The position numbers and the translations under genes were made by a program. 64,000 bases of DNA, taken from NCBI RefSeq assembly GCF_027921745.1, contig NC_079239.1, positions 2,852,001-2,916,000 on the forward strand, read 5' to 3'. The notes under the pieces are model-generated. The model saw only the letters and a list, made by a program, of their open reading frames with translations. It made no database searches and was not told where the DNA came from. Positions 9,075 to 22,200 of the stretch are shown piece after piece. The stretch comes from Schizosaccharomyces osmophilus. Taxonomy: Eukaryota. How positions within the stretch are numbered: the stretch's first letter is position 1; every line of letters starts with the position of its first letter.

Positions 9075-11763
9075 TTAAGCAGCTTTATAGTCAGCAATCC
9101 AGGCACTGTAAAATGCGATTTGTTCGGTGTAGTCGCCTTTTGAAAGCGTATCTTCATCGTCTTCCATATGGGCCGTATTAACGAAATCTTGATAAATCGT
9201 GAAATCTTTCTCTTTAACTTCTTTCAAATTATCTAAAACATTAGTGTAATTCATATAAGCTGCTCGGTCTTGAGTGTTCATAGTCTGATACTTTTCCAAA
9301 GGCTGTGTTACTATACTTCCAAATTGAAAGTGCTTCTTGTAAGCGTTCATATCAGCACTAGGTATCTTAAAATCCAAATGTTTAGCTTCCTTATTCAAAA
9401 GCTTTGAATCTTTATTTACAGAAGGGAGTTTTGCTTGTTGCTTCGGCTTGTGTTCCTGTAATTTATCTTCACTATTAAATAGCCATTTGTATAAAGAAAC
9501 TCTTTTAAATTTTTCCCCTTCTTCATCTTCGTTCGAATCAGAAGACGGTTTTTCATATTTAAAATCAAGCTTTTGATCCGTCCGCGGAATAAAAGGGTTG
9601 AATGATGGTGATTCAATTCCAATACCAGTATAGGAAACAGGCAATAGAGACTTTCTTAGAAGTGGTAATAAGCTCAAAGGAGCAAAATTTAAAGTAGAGA
9701 TCATATTTTGAAGTAACACATCCGATAGCGATGAAAATCGATTACAGGTATACAGCTCTTCAAAATAATACTCTGGTAACTCTGGCCGCTTGCGTTGGAT
9801 GTTATCACTGTAAAAGCTTTTGAGTCTCAAAGAAGAATTCAAATATAATGGAGTCCACCAATATCGATAATCTCGTCTGACCAATAACCCATTCTTAAAT
9901 TTCTCAGTAAAGTTACTTATCCTAGTTTTTCCAACAATAACATCCTTATCTAAAACGGTATAATTTCCTAGAAACAGATCAATGGCATCCTGTCTTTGAT
10001 AATCCACGAAAGAGTTGCTATAAAAACGCTTGACACTTTCAATAAGGTCTCTCGACGTGCTAGACCACTGATTGTTTTTTCTGTAAGTGTCTAATGTATT
10101 TACCAATAATGATCCTCCATATTGCAAAGCGATTGTATCTCCATGCCCATGATACATTTCTGCAAGTAAACGCACAGCGTCAGATTCGTAAACAAGTTCT
10201 GGGGTATCCAAAACACCAAGATATTGTAGCTGATAAGCCAATGCACATTTTCCGAAAACAAACTGGGCTGCATTAGTGCGATCCAAACAGTCTACGCAGT
10301 TCGTTCTCAATATGCCTTGCTGAAATGCTCCTCGGAAAAATCGATTAGACGTACAGAATAGTCCTGTTTTATTAATAATATCATAAGCCATTGTTTCGAG
10401 TGTTTTAGTTACTGGAGTTTTCCTAAAACAGTTAGCTACTAACCGTTCATCCATGGCTCGTATACTTGCCTTTTAGAAGCTGCAGACATGTCCCAGCCAA
10501 TGTACTGTATTTTCTTTGAAGGATCAAGAAATTGATTGAGGTAATTAATAGCCCACTCAAATTCATTAAGTAACAAAGATTCTCGTTTCACTTTTTCGTT
10601 GGATTTTACGAGATTGAGAACAATACAAGGAGCCCCATAATGACCAAAAAGACGGTCGAAATGAAGAGCCGCTGCTGAGTAAAAGGGATCATTTACCGTA
10701 ATACCAATTGGTGGTTTAGGGGTGATATTGCTGAACTCTTGCGACCATCGTAGCGGAATGCTTCCTCTATGCTGCACATAGCTAGTGTAACAAGGTATGC
10801 CTGGAGCACTGGATGACACTGGAAAGGAAGATACGGAACCATCAAATACAATTTGTTCTGTTTCAACTTCATTTGCAACATAACCATCATCCCTTATCCC
10901 TCGCCTTAAAAAACGAGCACCAGCAAAATGACGGGATCTGCGAGCTATTAAAGTAACGATTATTGGTTTTCCATAAACAGAAAGCTCTAAAAACAATTGT
11001 TAGTGTAATTATTTATCAGAAACTTACTAGCTTGATCGACGAAACCGTGGATTAATGGAATGCACCACGGAGAGTCAACGCCTACGGTTTCCAAAATAGG
11101 CTGAAGCATCGACCAATTCCAAACGAACATATCGCGTACTTGGTGCTTTGGAATAGGATGAGTAAAACTGTACTGCACTGTTTGTGAAAGATCATAACTG
11201 TAGCTATAGTAGAACGTTCTCGCAAGATCAACTTTTTCAATACTCGAGAGGCATCTATAGAACCCGTGTTAGAACTCATTTTTTCATTTCATGTTATCAT
11301 ACTTCCGTTCAGTATAGCTTTGATTTCGTCTGTTCGGATATAGCTCGATAAATCGAGTATTATCCACGTGATATATGCTATGTCCACCGACTACAGCAAC
11401 TGTTTTCCTGGCTATACATAAATATAAATAGTAACTCGATGTAAAGCGAGTTAAGCCCAAAATAGCATAAGCATTGAGGATGAATGTTATTTTCCCTTCT
11501 GAGCCATTGCCTTCTTCATTCCTGAAGAATTCTGAGAGTTCATTTTTGTCGAATGTTCCATTTACATTTTCGATAGAAATATTGGTCTCAAATTCAGATG
11601 GATTTATCTTTAGTACTCGAAAGGACAATGCTGTAGCATTTTCCCCAACAATTAAGTAAGTCTATCAGTTAGAAAAACTCTTCTTTTTTTATCTTTTCCT
11701 TACTTTTTTAAATTTATATAAAGCATACTTTACCAATGGTTCATCTTGAGTAGTCGCCGGCAT
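9075..11763 (-). CDS. fig4: SAC-domain phosphoinositide phosphatase Fig4; introns 11662-11703, 11255-11302, 10987-11027 and 10423-10469 (GC-AG)
   Basis: Catalytic [37 protein letters not shown] and RGSIPL motifs. Exons join in frame from ATG 11763 ([26 protein letters not shown]). Confidence 0.9.
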
Positions 11764-12264
11764 CCAAGTACTAGGGTTATGATGAATTCGTTAATGGTAG
11801 CTAACCAGAGTCGCGAATTAAAAGTTAGTCTTGATTTGTACAGTTTTAGCGGTATATATGATAATTTATTATAGAAATAATTTCAATATAGAACGATAAA
11901 CTCTTTTAAAGTTGAAACAACCACATACTATCACAAGCAACATCGTAACTCTGAATGAAATCTTCATGGAAACTTTCGTCGCGGCTTACTATGATTTCAT
12001 GGATTTATCACAAACCACGCTTCAATTGCATTCTCTTGTACTTTAATTCGTCTGATTTTTTAAGGATAGGACTTTTTTTTTTGAAATTATTTTTTACTCA
12101 TTTTTCAATGTAAATAAATAAATAATTATTTACCATTTTAGGTCACAATGTCATGCAGCGAAACTACAATTTTCAGTTATCAACTTCAAGTAGCATGTAC
12201 CTTAATTTTCAATAGTTCAATTCCGTTGTTAGTTGTTAGTTGTTAATTGTTTTTGTTTTTCTTT

Positions 12265-12272
<8 letters not shown>

Positions 12273-12298
<26 letters not shown>
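12273..12298. repeat. Poly(dA) tract, 26 nt, preceded by a T-rich run and GTTGTTA-like repeats
   Basis: Directly visible in the sequence. Confidence 0.9.
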
Positions 12299-12481
12299 CA
12301 ACACATGTATGTTCAATGGATATCTAGTAGTTTTACGCTCATTAAAAAAAAAAAAACCATAAATTGAATATTTAAAAAATTTCTAAGGATTTTATTGGTA
12401 ACAGACGTATATAGGATAAACAAACTTTGACGATAAAAATTGAAATGAAAGCGAATTTTAATAACAAAATTTAGAGATGAA

Positions 12482-15295
12482 TCATGCCTTAGTGGAGATG
12501 ATGGCACAGTTTGTTGGACGAAAATCGGTGCCTTTTGTTTGTAAAGGAGAGTTAAAATCATGAATTGGAAAACAGGAGGAAAGTGATTGAAGCGCTGGAA
12601 TAGAAAATCCTTTAGTGAATTTATTATTTTTTTCTCCTTGAAGGGAAGAATGTTTGTCATAACGGCTGTTTAGAAGGTCGTGCCGATCTTCCTGAGTAAA
12701 ATCAATGGTAGCATTTTGAAAGATTGAATGTGATTGCAGATTTTCCATAACTTCCATTGCAGAATAAATATTGTTGTATGTAATGGATCCAGAATTTGTC
12801 TTCTTGGAGAAATGAAAGCTTTCAATATCACCAAATTTCTTGAAAATTGATACTAGTTCGCATCGCGGAATCGACAAGCGATTCGTTTCAAAGGAAATGC
12901 TTCTACGTGCTCCTTTGGAAATTGCATATAACAGCTTGTCAGTAAAAGGATTGTCAGACTTGGCCCATTCGAGTCTTACTGGGCGACCATGTAAGTAAGC
13001 TGGCTGTTTTTGATGAGCATCCAAGAAAATCTTTGCATCATAAGACTCAAGAAAAGTGACAAAACATATTTTTTTCTTTGAAAAATGGCGAACTTCTTCA
13101 ATAGGAAATCCTTGAAACAATTTGCTGATCTCGAATTGTTTTGTTGCTTTATGGATTTTGCTTAAGAAAAGCGTTCGGTTTTTATAACAAGGATCAAGAT
13201 CAAGGGCAAGGTAGTTATCGGTGGAAGGTTTGGACATGATATCCAAGGCAGTAAATTCGGAAAAGTCGGCGAAAGATTTCATAGGAGTGTCAAGAGGCGA
13301 GCCAACAAGCGTAGGAGAAGTAAGCACTGAGGAGTTTTTTGAAGATGACAGCTCGGTTGTCAACCTTGGAAGATATCTAAAATCATTTATGGAATCTTCA
13401 TCACTATGTTTTGCTGGGAGAGGAGTAGGAGAATCGGTATTGTAGAAACATTCAAATGTACTAGGACTTTGATTTGTAATGTCGTTTTCAAAATGTGTCT
13501 TTATTGGTGTATATGTGTCAATTGGGGAAGAGGAAACACTTGAAAAACCGTTCTCTGTAGTTTTTCTAGAATTCTCATTTGAAAAAGAAAATTCCTCACA
13601 GGAGGAATTGGAGTTTGATGTCGCAGTAGAGTCTTTTGGTAGATTGTCCTTGTCTTCATTGCTTATAGCTTTGTCTTTGTCTTGGGTTATGCAATTCATG
13701 TTAACATCCGGTTCTGGATTCGCAGAAAATCCCTCATTTGCTTGATCATAATCTGTGGAGTTTGTAATATTCTGATTATTTGAATTAGGGGAAATGCCAT
13801 CTTGCGGACACTCGATATCATTAAGTAGGTGAAGGGAAGCATATTTATCTCCATTACCAATACCAACTGGAGAATTTATAGGGCTGGTCAATTTGTTAGT
13901 TGGTTCAATAAATTTCGACTTGTGCGAATGAGAAGCGAAGGAGGAGGAATTAGTGACATTTTGTAAGGCAGCAGTCTTGGAATGACGGCCAGGAACGGAT
14001 ATGGAAATGTTTTGCTCTGAGGAAAGAGTTTTAGAATCTTTTTGATGTGAACTTTCGAGATCAGGGAATAATTCATTGCTCAGTTCTTTAAGACTGGTGT
14101 GGTCTTTTGAGTGAAATTTTTTGGATTCGGTCATAGGAGCAGAATCTGCATCGGTAACATTATCAGGCTGTGAGCACTGTTTATTATTGGTCGTATCAGT
14201 AGTGACATTGTTTTCTGAGAGAACATTTTTAGACAAGGAAGGAGGGCTATTTGCATTGGATTTGTGTTCAAGTTGGGTAACAGGGTTGTGCACAGTAGAC
14301 TTCTTAAAAGAGTTGGTATAACGGTTTTGAATAGAAGATTCTTTTAACATATTCTTATTAGAAACACCTTCAGGTTTCATGAACGCTGAGCTAGGAACCG
14401 TTTTTTCGACGTGGAAATCAAGAGCGTAGTAACGATCGCATCGTTCATAGAAACAGCAGGATTTCAAATTTCTGTAATATGGATGGGATTGAAGAGAATC
14501 AATGCAGTGAAGAGCATCTGTAATGCTCAAATAATGGACGTAAATAGAGTCGGTATTCTTGCAAACCGAAATAAGCTCGGCTTTACCGAGAGAGCATACA
14601 TGTTGAAAAAAAGCTGCTTCATCAAAATTAGAAGGAAGGCCGGTAATTTGAACGTTTCTGCTAACAAAATCTTGTTGGCATGCTTCCATAATAGATGGTT
14701 CCAATGGCATTATATCAATGGTGGAGACAATGAGTCGCTGGTTCTTAAAAGTAAAATCGGTATGACGAACAGCGTTATAAAAGTCAAAGGCATCAGCAGC
14801 AGAAAGAAAATTAAGGAAAAGTTGATTTCTCTCATATATTGGGACAACACGCTCTAGTGTTCCAAAGCGTCCAAGATTCATAAATTCGGAGATATTGTAG
14901 TAAGCGGGCATATTGTGGATAAGGACAGCACGGTAGTCCCAGTAACCATAAGGTAGGACTTGGAAATTTCCAAGTTCTTCTCCGTTAGTCTTGTTTGTAT
15001 CAGTAACAGGTCGAGGATGAGGAGGCCGTTGAGTAATGTTGCCCATACGAAAATTGGCTAGAATACCAGCTTGCTCGGTAGTACCTTTTTGGTAAGGGAA
15101 GGCCTTTGGTAAAGCGTAAGGAAGGTTCCTATTGTTTTGATTCATATGCGCTTGCATAGCTCCCATTGGAATATTTGTAAAGACAGAAGGCAAGAGAGGG
15201 TTGCGATAAGTCATTGGAGAAAAGACATGGCCAATTGCAGGATGGTTCGTAAGAACTTTATTAGAGGCTGAAAGTGTTTGAGAAGATTGTTGCAT
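12482..15295 (-). CDS. Multi-RRM RNA-binding protein of the Nrd1/Mug24/Mug28 type, probably meiotic
   Basis: 937-aa ORF with two pairs of RRM-like segments (RAVLIHNMP..LFLNF, RNVQITGLP; RTLFLSKI..ICFVTF..VRLEWAK, FKKFGDIESF) split by a long Ser/Asn/Thr-rich linker. Confidence 0.75.
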   Translation of the reverse strand: MQQSSQTLSASNKVLTNHPAIGHVFSPMTYRNPLLPSVFTNIPMGAMQAHMNQNNRNLPYALPKAFPYQKGTTEQAGILANFRMGNITQRPPHPRPVTDTNKTNGEELGNFQVLPYGYWDYRAVLIHNMPAYYNISEFMNLGRFGTLERVVPIYERNQLFLNFLSAADAFDFYNAVRHTDFTFKNQRLIVSTIDIMPLEPSIMEACQQDFVSRNVQITGLPSNFDEAAFFQHVCSLGKAELISVCKNTDSIYVHYLSITDALHCIDSLQSHPYYRNLKSCCFYERCDRYYALDFHVEKTVPSSAFMKPEGVSNKNMLKESSIQNRYTNSFKKSTVHNPVTQLEHKSNANSPPSLSKNVLSENNVTTDTTNNKQCSQPDNVTDADSAPMTESKKFHSKDHTSLKELSNELFPDLESSHQKDSKTLSSEQNISISVPGRHSKTAALQNVTNSSSFASHSHKSKFIEPTNKLTSPINSPVGIGNGDKYASLHLLNDIECPQDGISPNSNNQNITNSTDYDQANEGFSANPEPDVNMNCITQDKDKAISNEDKDNLPKDSTATSNSNSSCEEFSFSNENSRKTTENGFSSVSSSPIDTYTPIKTHFENDITNQSPSTFECFYNTDSPTPLPAKHSDEDSINDFRYLPRLTTELSSSKNSSVLTSPTLVGSPLDTPMKSFADFSEFTALDIMSKPSTDNYLALDLDPCYKNRTLFLSKIHKATKQFEISKLFQGFPIEEVRHFSKKKICFVTFLESYDAKIFLDAHQKQPAYLHGRPVRLEWAKSDNPFTDKLLYAISKGARRSISFETNRLSIPRCELVSIFKKFGDIESFHFSKKTNSGSITYNNIYSAMEVMENLQSHSIFQNATIDFTQEDRHDLLNSRYDKHSSLQGEKNNKFTKGFSIPALQSLSSCFPIHDFNSPLQTKGTDFRPTNCAIISTKA

Positions 15296-15427
15296 ATTGG
15301 AAAGAGCAAAGAAATTGATACAAATAAAGTCGATAGAAAATCTTTAGGATCAAAAATGTGATTGACAAAATAAGAAAGGAAGATTAGTTTCCTGGTGTTA
15401 TCGGTAAGATAGTTGAAAAGTAAAAGT

Positions 15428-16110
15428 GTAAACAGTGACAAAAAGGAAACTGTTGTACTAAAAAACAAAGAAAGCTTGGTAAACTAGAGATCAATGGCTT
15501 GAAGATGGTAGAAAAGTATCAGAAAATCTGCGTATATATGCTTTAAAAAAAAGGAATGAGTCACTGTTTTGTAATTCAGAGAAACACATAAACCTTCCGA
15601 TCTTTGTTTATTTACTTGCATAAAGTTTCGTTTATGAGACAATGATGTCGTATTTTTCATAATTTGCGACGTAAACGAAGATAATAGACTCGTCTAGGCC
15701 GCATTTTCTCCACATTTTTTCTGACAAAAGGGAAAGTAAATAAAAACGCAAATCAAAAAGAGCCAATACTAACGTAGGAAGGCTTAAGTTTCCCCCGTTC
15801 CTTTCAATTAGGTTTTTGTTTACAAACAAAGGCTCAATTTTATTAGAGGATGTTTTCCCACGTAAGAGATTTGAACCAATAAACTGATATTTTTCAGCCT
15901 CTCCCCGCTTTCCCCAGCTTTCTCCGCTTTTGGAATGAAATTTCCCCTTAACAAAGTGGGGATGTTGTGACTACATTGACTGTGCCCCATCATCTCCCCT
16001 AAAGAGAGAGAGGGGGAACAACTCGTTAAGATTGAACAATTTGACGCTTTTCTTACCGAAAGTTGACGAACGCATAGTAGATTCCGGGGCTGTAAATATT
16101 CATTGTTTAC
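15428..16110. promoter_or_regulatory. Cluster of forkhead/FLEX (GTAAAYA) sites upstream of the RRM gene
   Basis: GTAAACA 15428(+), GTAAATAAACA 15605-15615(-), GTAAATA 15736(+), GTAAACA 15817-15823(-) and 16104-16110(-). Confidence 0.55.
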
Positions 16111-16625
16111 AAATAAACAAGAACTGCATGAATGAATGCATCATCATATGAAGGGAACAAACAGAATCGCCTAATTTTTCTTTAAGAAACAGTATGCAAT
16201 GGGTTCTTGACGCAGGAGTAACTCCCTTGATCCATAAATATGAATTTTGCTTTTCATCAAACAGAGAGCATCAAGTCGACAATACTCTCTTGGGTTTATA
16301 CAAAATGGTCTTATTAAGCTCCAGTTTATCTATTCATGTGATATATAGGTCTGATAGAAGCTGAGAGACATACAGCAAGGCGGGAAACTCGTTTCTAATT
16401 TAGTGTAGGCCATTGCAGCTGCAAAAAGTTAGATTTCAACGATAAAAAATAATTTATATCAAAAAAAGTGATAGAGTTAATATAATGAAGTTTTTTGTCA
16501 TTATACCTACATGATACCGAGTTTACTGATGACTAGAATTCCAATACGGCATTGAGTCAATTCAGTAAGCGCAATTCGTACCTTTGTAATACTTGAATTT
16601 GTCCTTGTATTTCTTATAGGAGAAA

Positions 16626-16627
<2 letters not shown>

Positions 16628-16679
<52 letters not shown>
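16628..16679. repeat. Poly(dA) tract, 52 nt
   Basis: Uninterrupted A run, directly visible. Confidence 0.95.
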
Positions 16680-16682
<3 letters not shown>

Positions 16683-17318
16683 AGCTTGTCGGTTCAATTT
16701 TGCAAGTACAAACGTATGGTCCCATAGAAGGGTAAAGAACTCAAAAGAGCATGGAAGATATACATCTGTTAATATATAATTCAGCTCATTTTTTTCGTAT
16801 AAGATGGTTAAATGTTTACATGAATGGATTGAGACGGTTTGTCTTAAATTTTAATCCAAATCCAAGCTTTGTCCCTCGTTTGCGATACCGTCTGAAAATG
16901 ACTGTTACTTAGGAGGAAAAATGAATTAATCAATAAAACGAAAAGGAAAAAGAATAAAGGATCCCAAAAAAACCGCAAAATATGACAGCTTCGATCGTTA
17001 CCAAGAAGAATGAAAAGAACGTCTGTTTTATCCAAATCAAAGCTCATTTTTTCAGTATCATCTTTTCTTTTCTTTTTCTTTCTTAGTACTGTTCAAAATT
17101 TTATACATTGTATGCACTGAGCTTTTCTGATTCTCACATACGTAGGTAATCCAGTACCAACAACGACCAAGACGTTTTTGAGAAATAGAAAAAATCACAT
17201 TTTTTGAGAAGCAGCTAAAAGTCAAAGTAGTCCGTAGTTTGCTAGAGTTGTAAAACTCTTTATTTATACATGAAGTGAGATAATACTCGTAACTTACAGA
17301 AATACAAGCTGCGCAGAA

Positions 17319-18936
17319 ATGAGTTCGAAATTTGAAAATGGGATTCCTGTACAGCAGTTCGTTTCTCGCTTTCAGTCGTATTCGTCAAAGTTCCTTTTCT
17401 TTCCTTGTCTGTTAATGTCTCTTGTTTTCATGCAATGGCTAATCTCAATTGGTTCTTATTCCGGTCAACACTCTCCTCCTATGTATGGAGATTTTGAAGC
17501 CCAACGACATTGGATGGAGTTGACTCTGCATTCTCCTGTTTCAAAATGGTACTATGAAGATCTGGAATGGTGGGGATTGGATTACCCTCCTTTGACTGCA
17601 TATGTCTCTTTATTATTCGGGTTAATTGGTCACTACTTCTTTGATCCTAAGTGGTTTGCTCATATTTCTTCCAGAGGGTTCGAGAGTCTTGATTTGAAGC
17701 TGTATATGAGAGCTACCGTTATCCTTTCTCATCTTCTTATATTGGTACCACCCTTGATATTTTATTCCAAGTGGTGGTCCAGACGTGTTCCTGACTTTGT
17801 CGAACGTAATGCCTTGCTAGTAATGGTTCTTTTCCAACCAGCTTTACTACTTATCGACCACGGTCATTTCCAGTATAATTGTGTCATGCTTGGTTTAGTC
17901 ATGTACTCAATCGCAAATCTTTTAAAAAACCAATATGTTGCTGCTACGTTTTTGTTCTGTTTATCTATTTCTTTTAAACAAATGGCTTTATACTTTGCAC
18001 CTTCCATCTTTGCTTATTTACTCGGTGTTTGTTTCAAGCCCCATTTTCAGTTCTCCAGATTGCTTGGCTTGGGAATCACTGTCGTAACTACTTTCGGTTT
18101 AGTCTTCTTCCCTTGGATCTATATTGACTACAAAGTAGAAATACCTCAGGTTGTCCACCGTATGTTTCCTTTTGCGAGGGGATTGTTTGAAGACAAAGTT
18201 GCCAATTTCTGGTGTGCTGTCAATACATTGTTTAAAGTAAAGGAGTATTTTACTATGCAACAACTACAATCCCTATCTTTGTTGTTTACTTTAATCTCAA
18301 TCCTTCCGTCTTGTAGCGTTCTTTTCTTGTATCCGCGAAAAAGATTGTTAACCCTTGGTTTTGCAAACGCTGCCTGGGGTTTCTTCTTGTTTTCTTTCCA
18401 AGTTCACGAAAAGTCTGTGTTAATTCCCCTGCTGTTAACTTCTGTTATACTTTGTCATGGTCATTCAACTACAAAATCTTGGATAGCTTTAGCAAATAAC
18501 GTCGGCATGTTCAGGTATGGAAAAAACGTATAATTATGTAACTAATCATTAATATTTTCTTTAGCTTGTGGCCTCTTTTGAAAAAAGATAACCTCGGATT
18601 GCAATATTTTATTGTTTTATTTATGTGGAATTGGATTGGTCATATGTTCGTCTTCTCCAAAAATATTATTTTTCGTTATTTACAAATGGTATGAGAAGCT
18701 TCTTAACATGTTCTTCAATTTACTAACAGAATCAGTCATTTTACTTGGCGATGATTATATTATTCGCTCTCGATATATTTGTAACACCTCCTTCTCGGTA
18801 TCCGGATCTATGGATAGTATTGAATGTTAGTCTCTCTTTTGCTGGATTTGTAGTTATATATTTATGGACGCTGTCTAGACTACTTTACATTTCTAGCAAA
18901 TTATCAACAGATTTACGAATGAAAAAGCATGCGTAG
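17319..18936 (+). CDS. alg6: Dol-P-Glc:Man9GlcNAc2-PP-Dol alpha-1,3-glucosyltransferase; introns 18515-18564 and 18689-18735
   Basis: GDFEAQRHWME, WGLDYPPLTAY, IDHGHFQYN, RGLFEDKVANFW and FQVHEKS motifs. In-frame splice joins FS|LWP and LQM|SFY. Confidence 0.93.
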
Positions 18937-19273
18937 TTTTTTCGTTCTTCAATTCTTTAATACACTCCTTTGACTACTATAAGTTTTAACATTTACATAA
19001 ATTGAATAAAAATAGAAGAATGTTCATTCATTACGCGAAACACTAAACGAAAGTTACTTTGACCTAAATAATAATTTAAGCTAAGATTCTCTTCATTAGA
19101 AAAAGAACGATTAAGAACCAAATACCGTCATCCCATTATAATATTTCAGCCAACACCTTTAGTCAATGCCAGATTGATTATAATGATGTTAGCTAATATA
19201 TGCAGATCGAGAAATATAAATAATAAAATAACAAAAGAAAGAGTAAGAAATTTACATGAGAAACCGGAAGCGA

Positions 19274-22200
19274 TCAGGTTTCTTTTATAATGGCCTGCTG
19301 AGGTTTCAAACCTGGATTCTGAGCAATACTACGTTCAAGTAAATCATTCCTATCTGTAGTAGCAGATGAAGCAGTCGATTCGGCTACTTCGGGTCCTGAA
19401 GGAAACTCAGATGTTAAACTAGTAGTAACTTTACGTATAGGTTGCTTCCTGCGCTTCGTAGATGGAACTTGTTTTGGAGATATATGGTCACTCACGCTCA
19501 TTTGTGTAAGTATATCTTCACAGCGTTTGGCTAACTCTTTCGATGTCCACGCAGCATTGTTATAAAACAGAGCCGGGTCGTCTAATAATATACTAATTTC
19601 TGTTGGAACCTCACAGAACTTTTCAAAATTCTCAATCAGTGAATGAACAGCTTCAATAGCCAGGAAGCTTTCATCGACTGGATCATTGCTTTTTGAATAT
19701 AGTATATTCGGAGTAATGACTGTAGCAAGATTGTGTATATCCATCTTACTTCCCACTTCATCATCGATGTGGGAAAAAGATGCAACCCAGAACAAAAATC
19801 CAAAGATAACCTCCATTGTGTCACGGTGTCCTTTTGGTAATAGACATATCGTCAGATGTAAAACTCGGAGACGTTCTTCTTCCGATTCCAGTTTAGAAGA
19901 CGTGATGAATAATCCAAATAACTTAAAAGTAAGCAAAGGATCAGGAAGTTCTCTTAAAAACTTCTTTAATAATGCAGCAAGTTGAATTGGGGATTCCTCT
20001 TCGTAATTGATGCTTTCTGGTGATATATCTAACAAATCTGAAAGCTCTTTCAATCGGCGAATATTACCATTCTTTCTAAAAACGCCTACAACAGACATAT
20101 CTTTCTTCTTCATAGCCGCAATGGTATTATCAATAAACGTTGGAGTTTGTTTACTTCCAAGATCTCCAAAATAAGCATTTCTTCGTTCAACCAACACTTC
20201 TAATGGTACACTAAATGTTCCCTTCTTTTTTATGCTCTTTTTATCATTGTCTTTTCCTTTAAAAGCTTTACCAAACTTCTCCCAAAAGCCACCCTTTCGT
20301 AAGTCGCTCATTTCCATAAGATCCTCTAACGAATAATAGTCCCGAACGAGTGGATATAAAATTAACACAGTAACATGACGAACAAACAATTGCTCCAGGC
20401 TATTGAGTTCTGACAAATACCGAGCGGGGGTTTCTACAGATGGTGTTTTAATAGTTTGTTGACCGCTAGTACCGGCGTTGTAGCGAGTGTTTTTTCTGAC
20501 CGAAGAATCAGTGTAACTTGGCATATGCCTGAATGCATTGGGACGATGCTCACGGTTTCTTTGTTCCGCGATGACCTTGGGAATATCATCCAAAGTGAAT
20601 GCTCGGTTCTCATCAAATGCATCCATTCCTCTATCTAAGTTGGTCTGAATCCTACCGCCAACGCCTTCATTTGCAGGTCTCTCAGATTCACTAACTGGAT
20701 TTGGCTTACTTTCGTTATAAACGAGAGGATCTTCACTGTTAGCCTGAAAGTCGGACTCACCTGAATTAAATATGGCTTTAGCATCCGCGGATATGCCTTT
20801 AAGACTTCGAGAAGACTTGAGCCGACGCAGATCATTCAATGTATTGGCATACTTTTTGAAGTTATCTGCTTCCGTACTTGTAAGGTTTTTCTCAGGAGCA
20901 AGACGATAAGATGGTAGTCTATCATTTCCGATAGGAGGCGCATTGGGTACTTGAGCGTTGTGGATTTTGAGTATTGCATATAAGCGAATCAAAGCAATTT
21001 GAAGCAAATAAGTATATTGGGACAGGCGACTGACATATTGAAATACGGGTTGCTCATCATAAGAATTCGGAGCACTGGAATCAGTATAGCAAAGATAGCA
21101 TTCAATTTGGTTTAATTCATAATTCCATCGAGCCCAATCGTAGTTGTCGCGATTTGTGTATCCGCATTTAGCACATGATAAGCAACCGATATGGAAGTGC
21201 TTGTCGCCAACCAGAATGCAATCTTCCTCAAGAGCTGTGTGACAAACGTAACAAAGATCAGAGTTCGCATTAGCCAGATGCAAAAATATATCAAGGCTAG
21301 ATTCGTCATAATTTCCTTTGTCAACGAACTTTGATTCCTCCATGATTAACAAAAATCTTGGAAGGGCATGCGCACAAGAGTGTTCTTGTTCTAAACGTAA
21401 TCCACCAGTTAAAGATATCCTAATTAAAAGTTTCAAATAGTGTGCAAGGCCAGTAAAGAGAGAAAGGAAATCCTGCACTACAGAAACATCTCGAATATCA
21501 GAATTATGGCATTTAGCCAACAAGGCAAAAATAGAGACCAACTTTTTGCACAATAACTTGGCTTCTCGGATATAAGGCATACTTTTAGCATGAAAAGTAG
21601 CAAGGGCAGTTTCCAATGAATCAATCCCTTTGAAAAGGATTTCTATATAACGAATGAACTTTTGAGCACATAGGACACTTTGCTTGAAAGCTCCGTTTGA
21701 CACATTTAGCAACATGTCGCTAATGCAAGAAGCCGTGTACTCCTCAAAACAGGAAAGAGCATGCCAAATATGGAATATTTTTTGTTCCAAATTTTTCTCG
21801 CGCTTCCGCAGTTGTGTGTGAGATAAGTGCTTACCAGAATTTTTCGATTCAAAAGTCTTTTGAGAAAGTTTGACATTCCAAAATTTGTAGATCATGTGAC
21901 AAGGAACATGCCAATTTTGGAAAGCACCATTTCTATAGATTTCGACAAATTGTTTCAAAATGGGTCCGTCACAACCGTAGCAGTGAGCCGCAAAAAGAGT
22001 GGAGTAATGGTAATGACAGTACACTTCACCTTCATGTTCATAGTATGAGTCATTGGGACCAAAAATAGTGTTACACAAAGTACAAGTAAAATGTTCGATA
22101 TGGTACTTTTTGTTGAGTGCTGTGATATAATAACCTCGAAGAGCCATTCCACAATTTGCACATAAAAGGTCCAGTCGTCGAAAGTAGTCTGTTTCACACA

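Noticed and set aside
16070..16098. Faint similarity to the 3' end of 5S rRNA (TTCCGGGGCTGTA)
   Set aside because: Too short and gapped; no other part of 5S is present.
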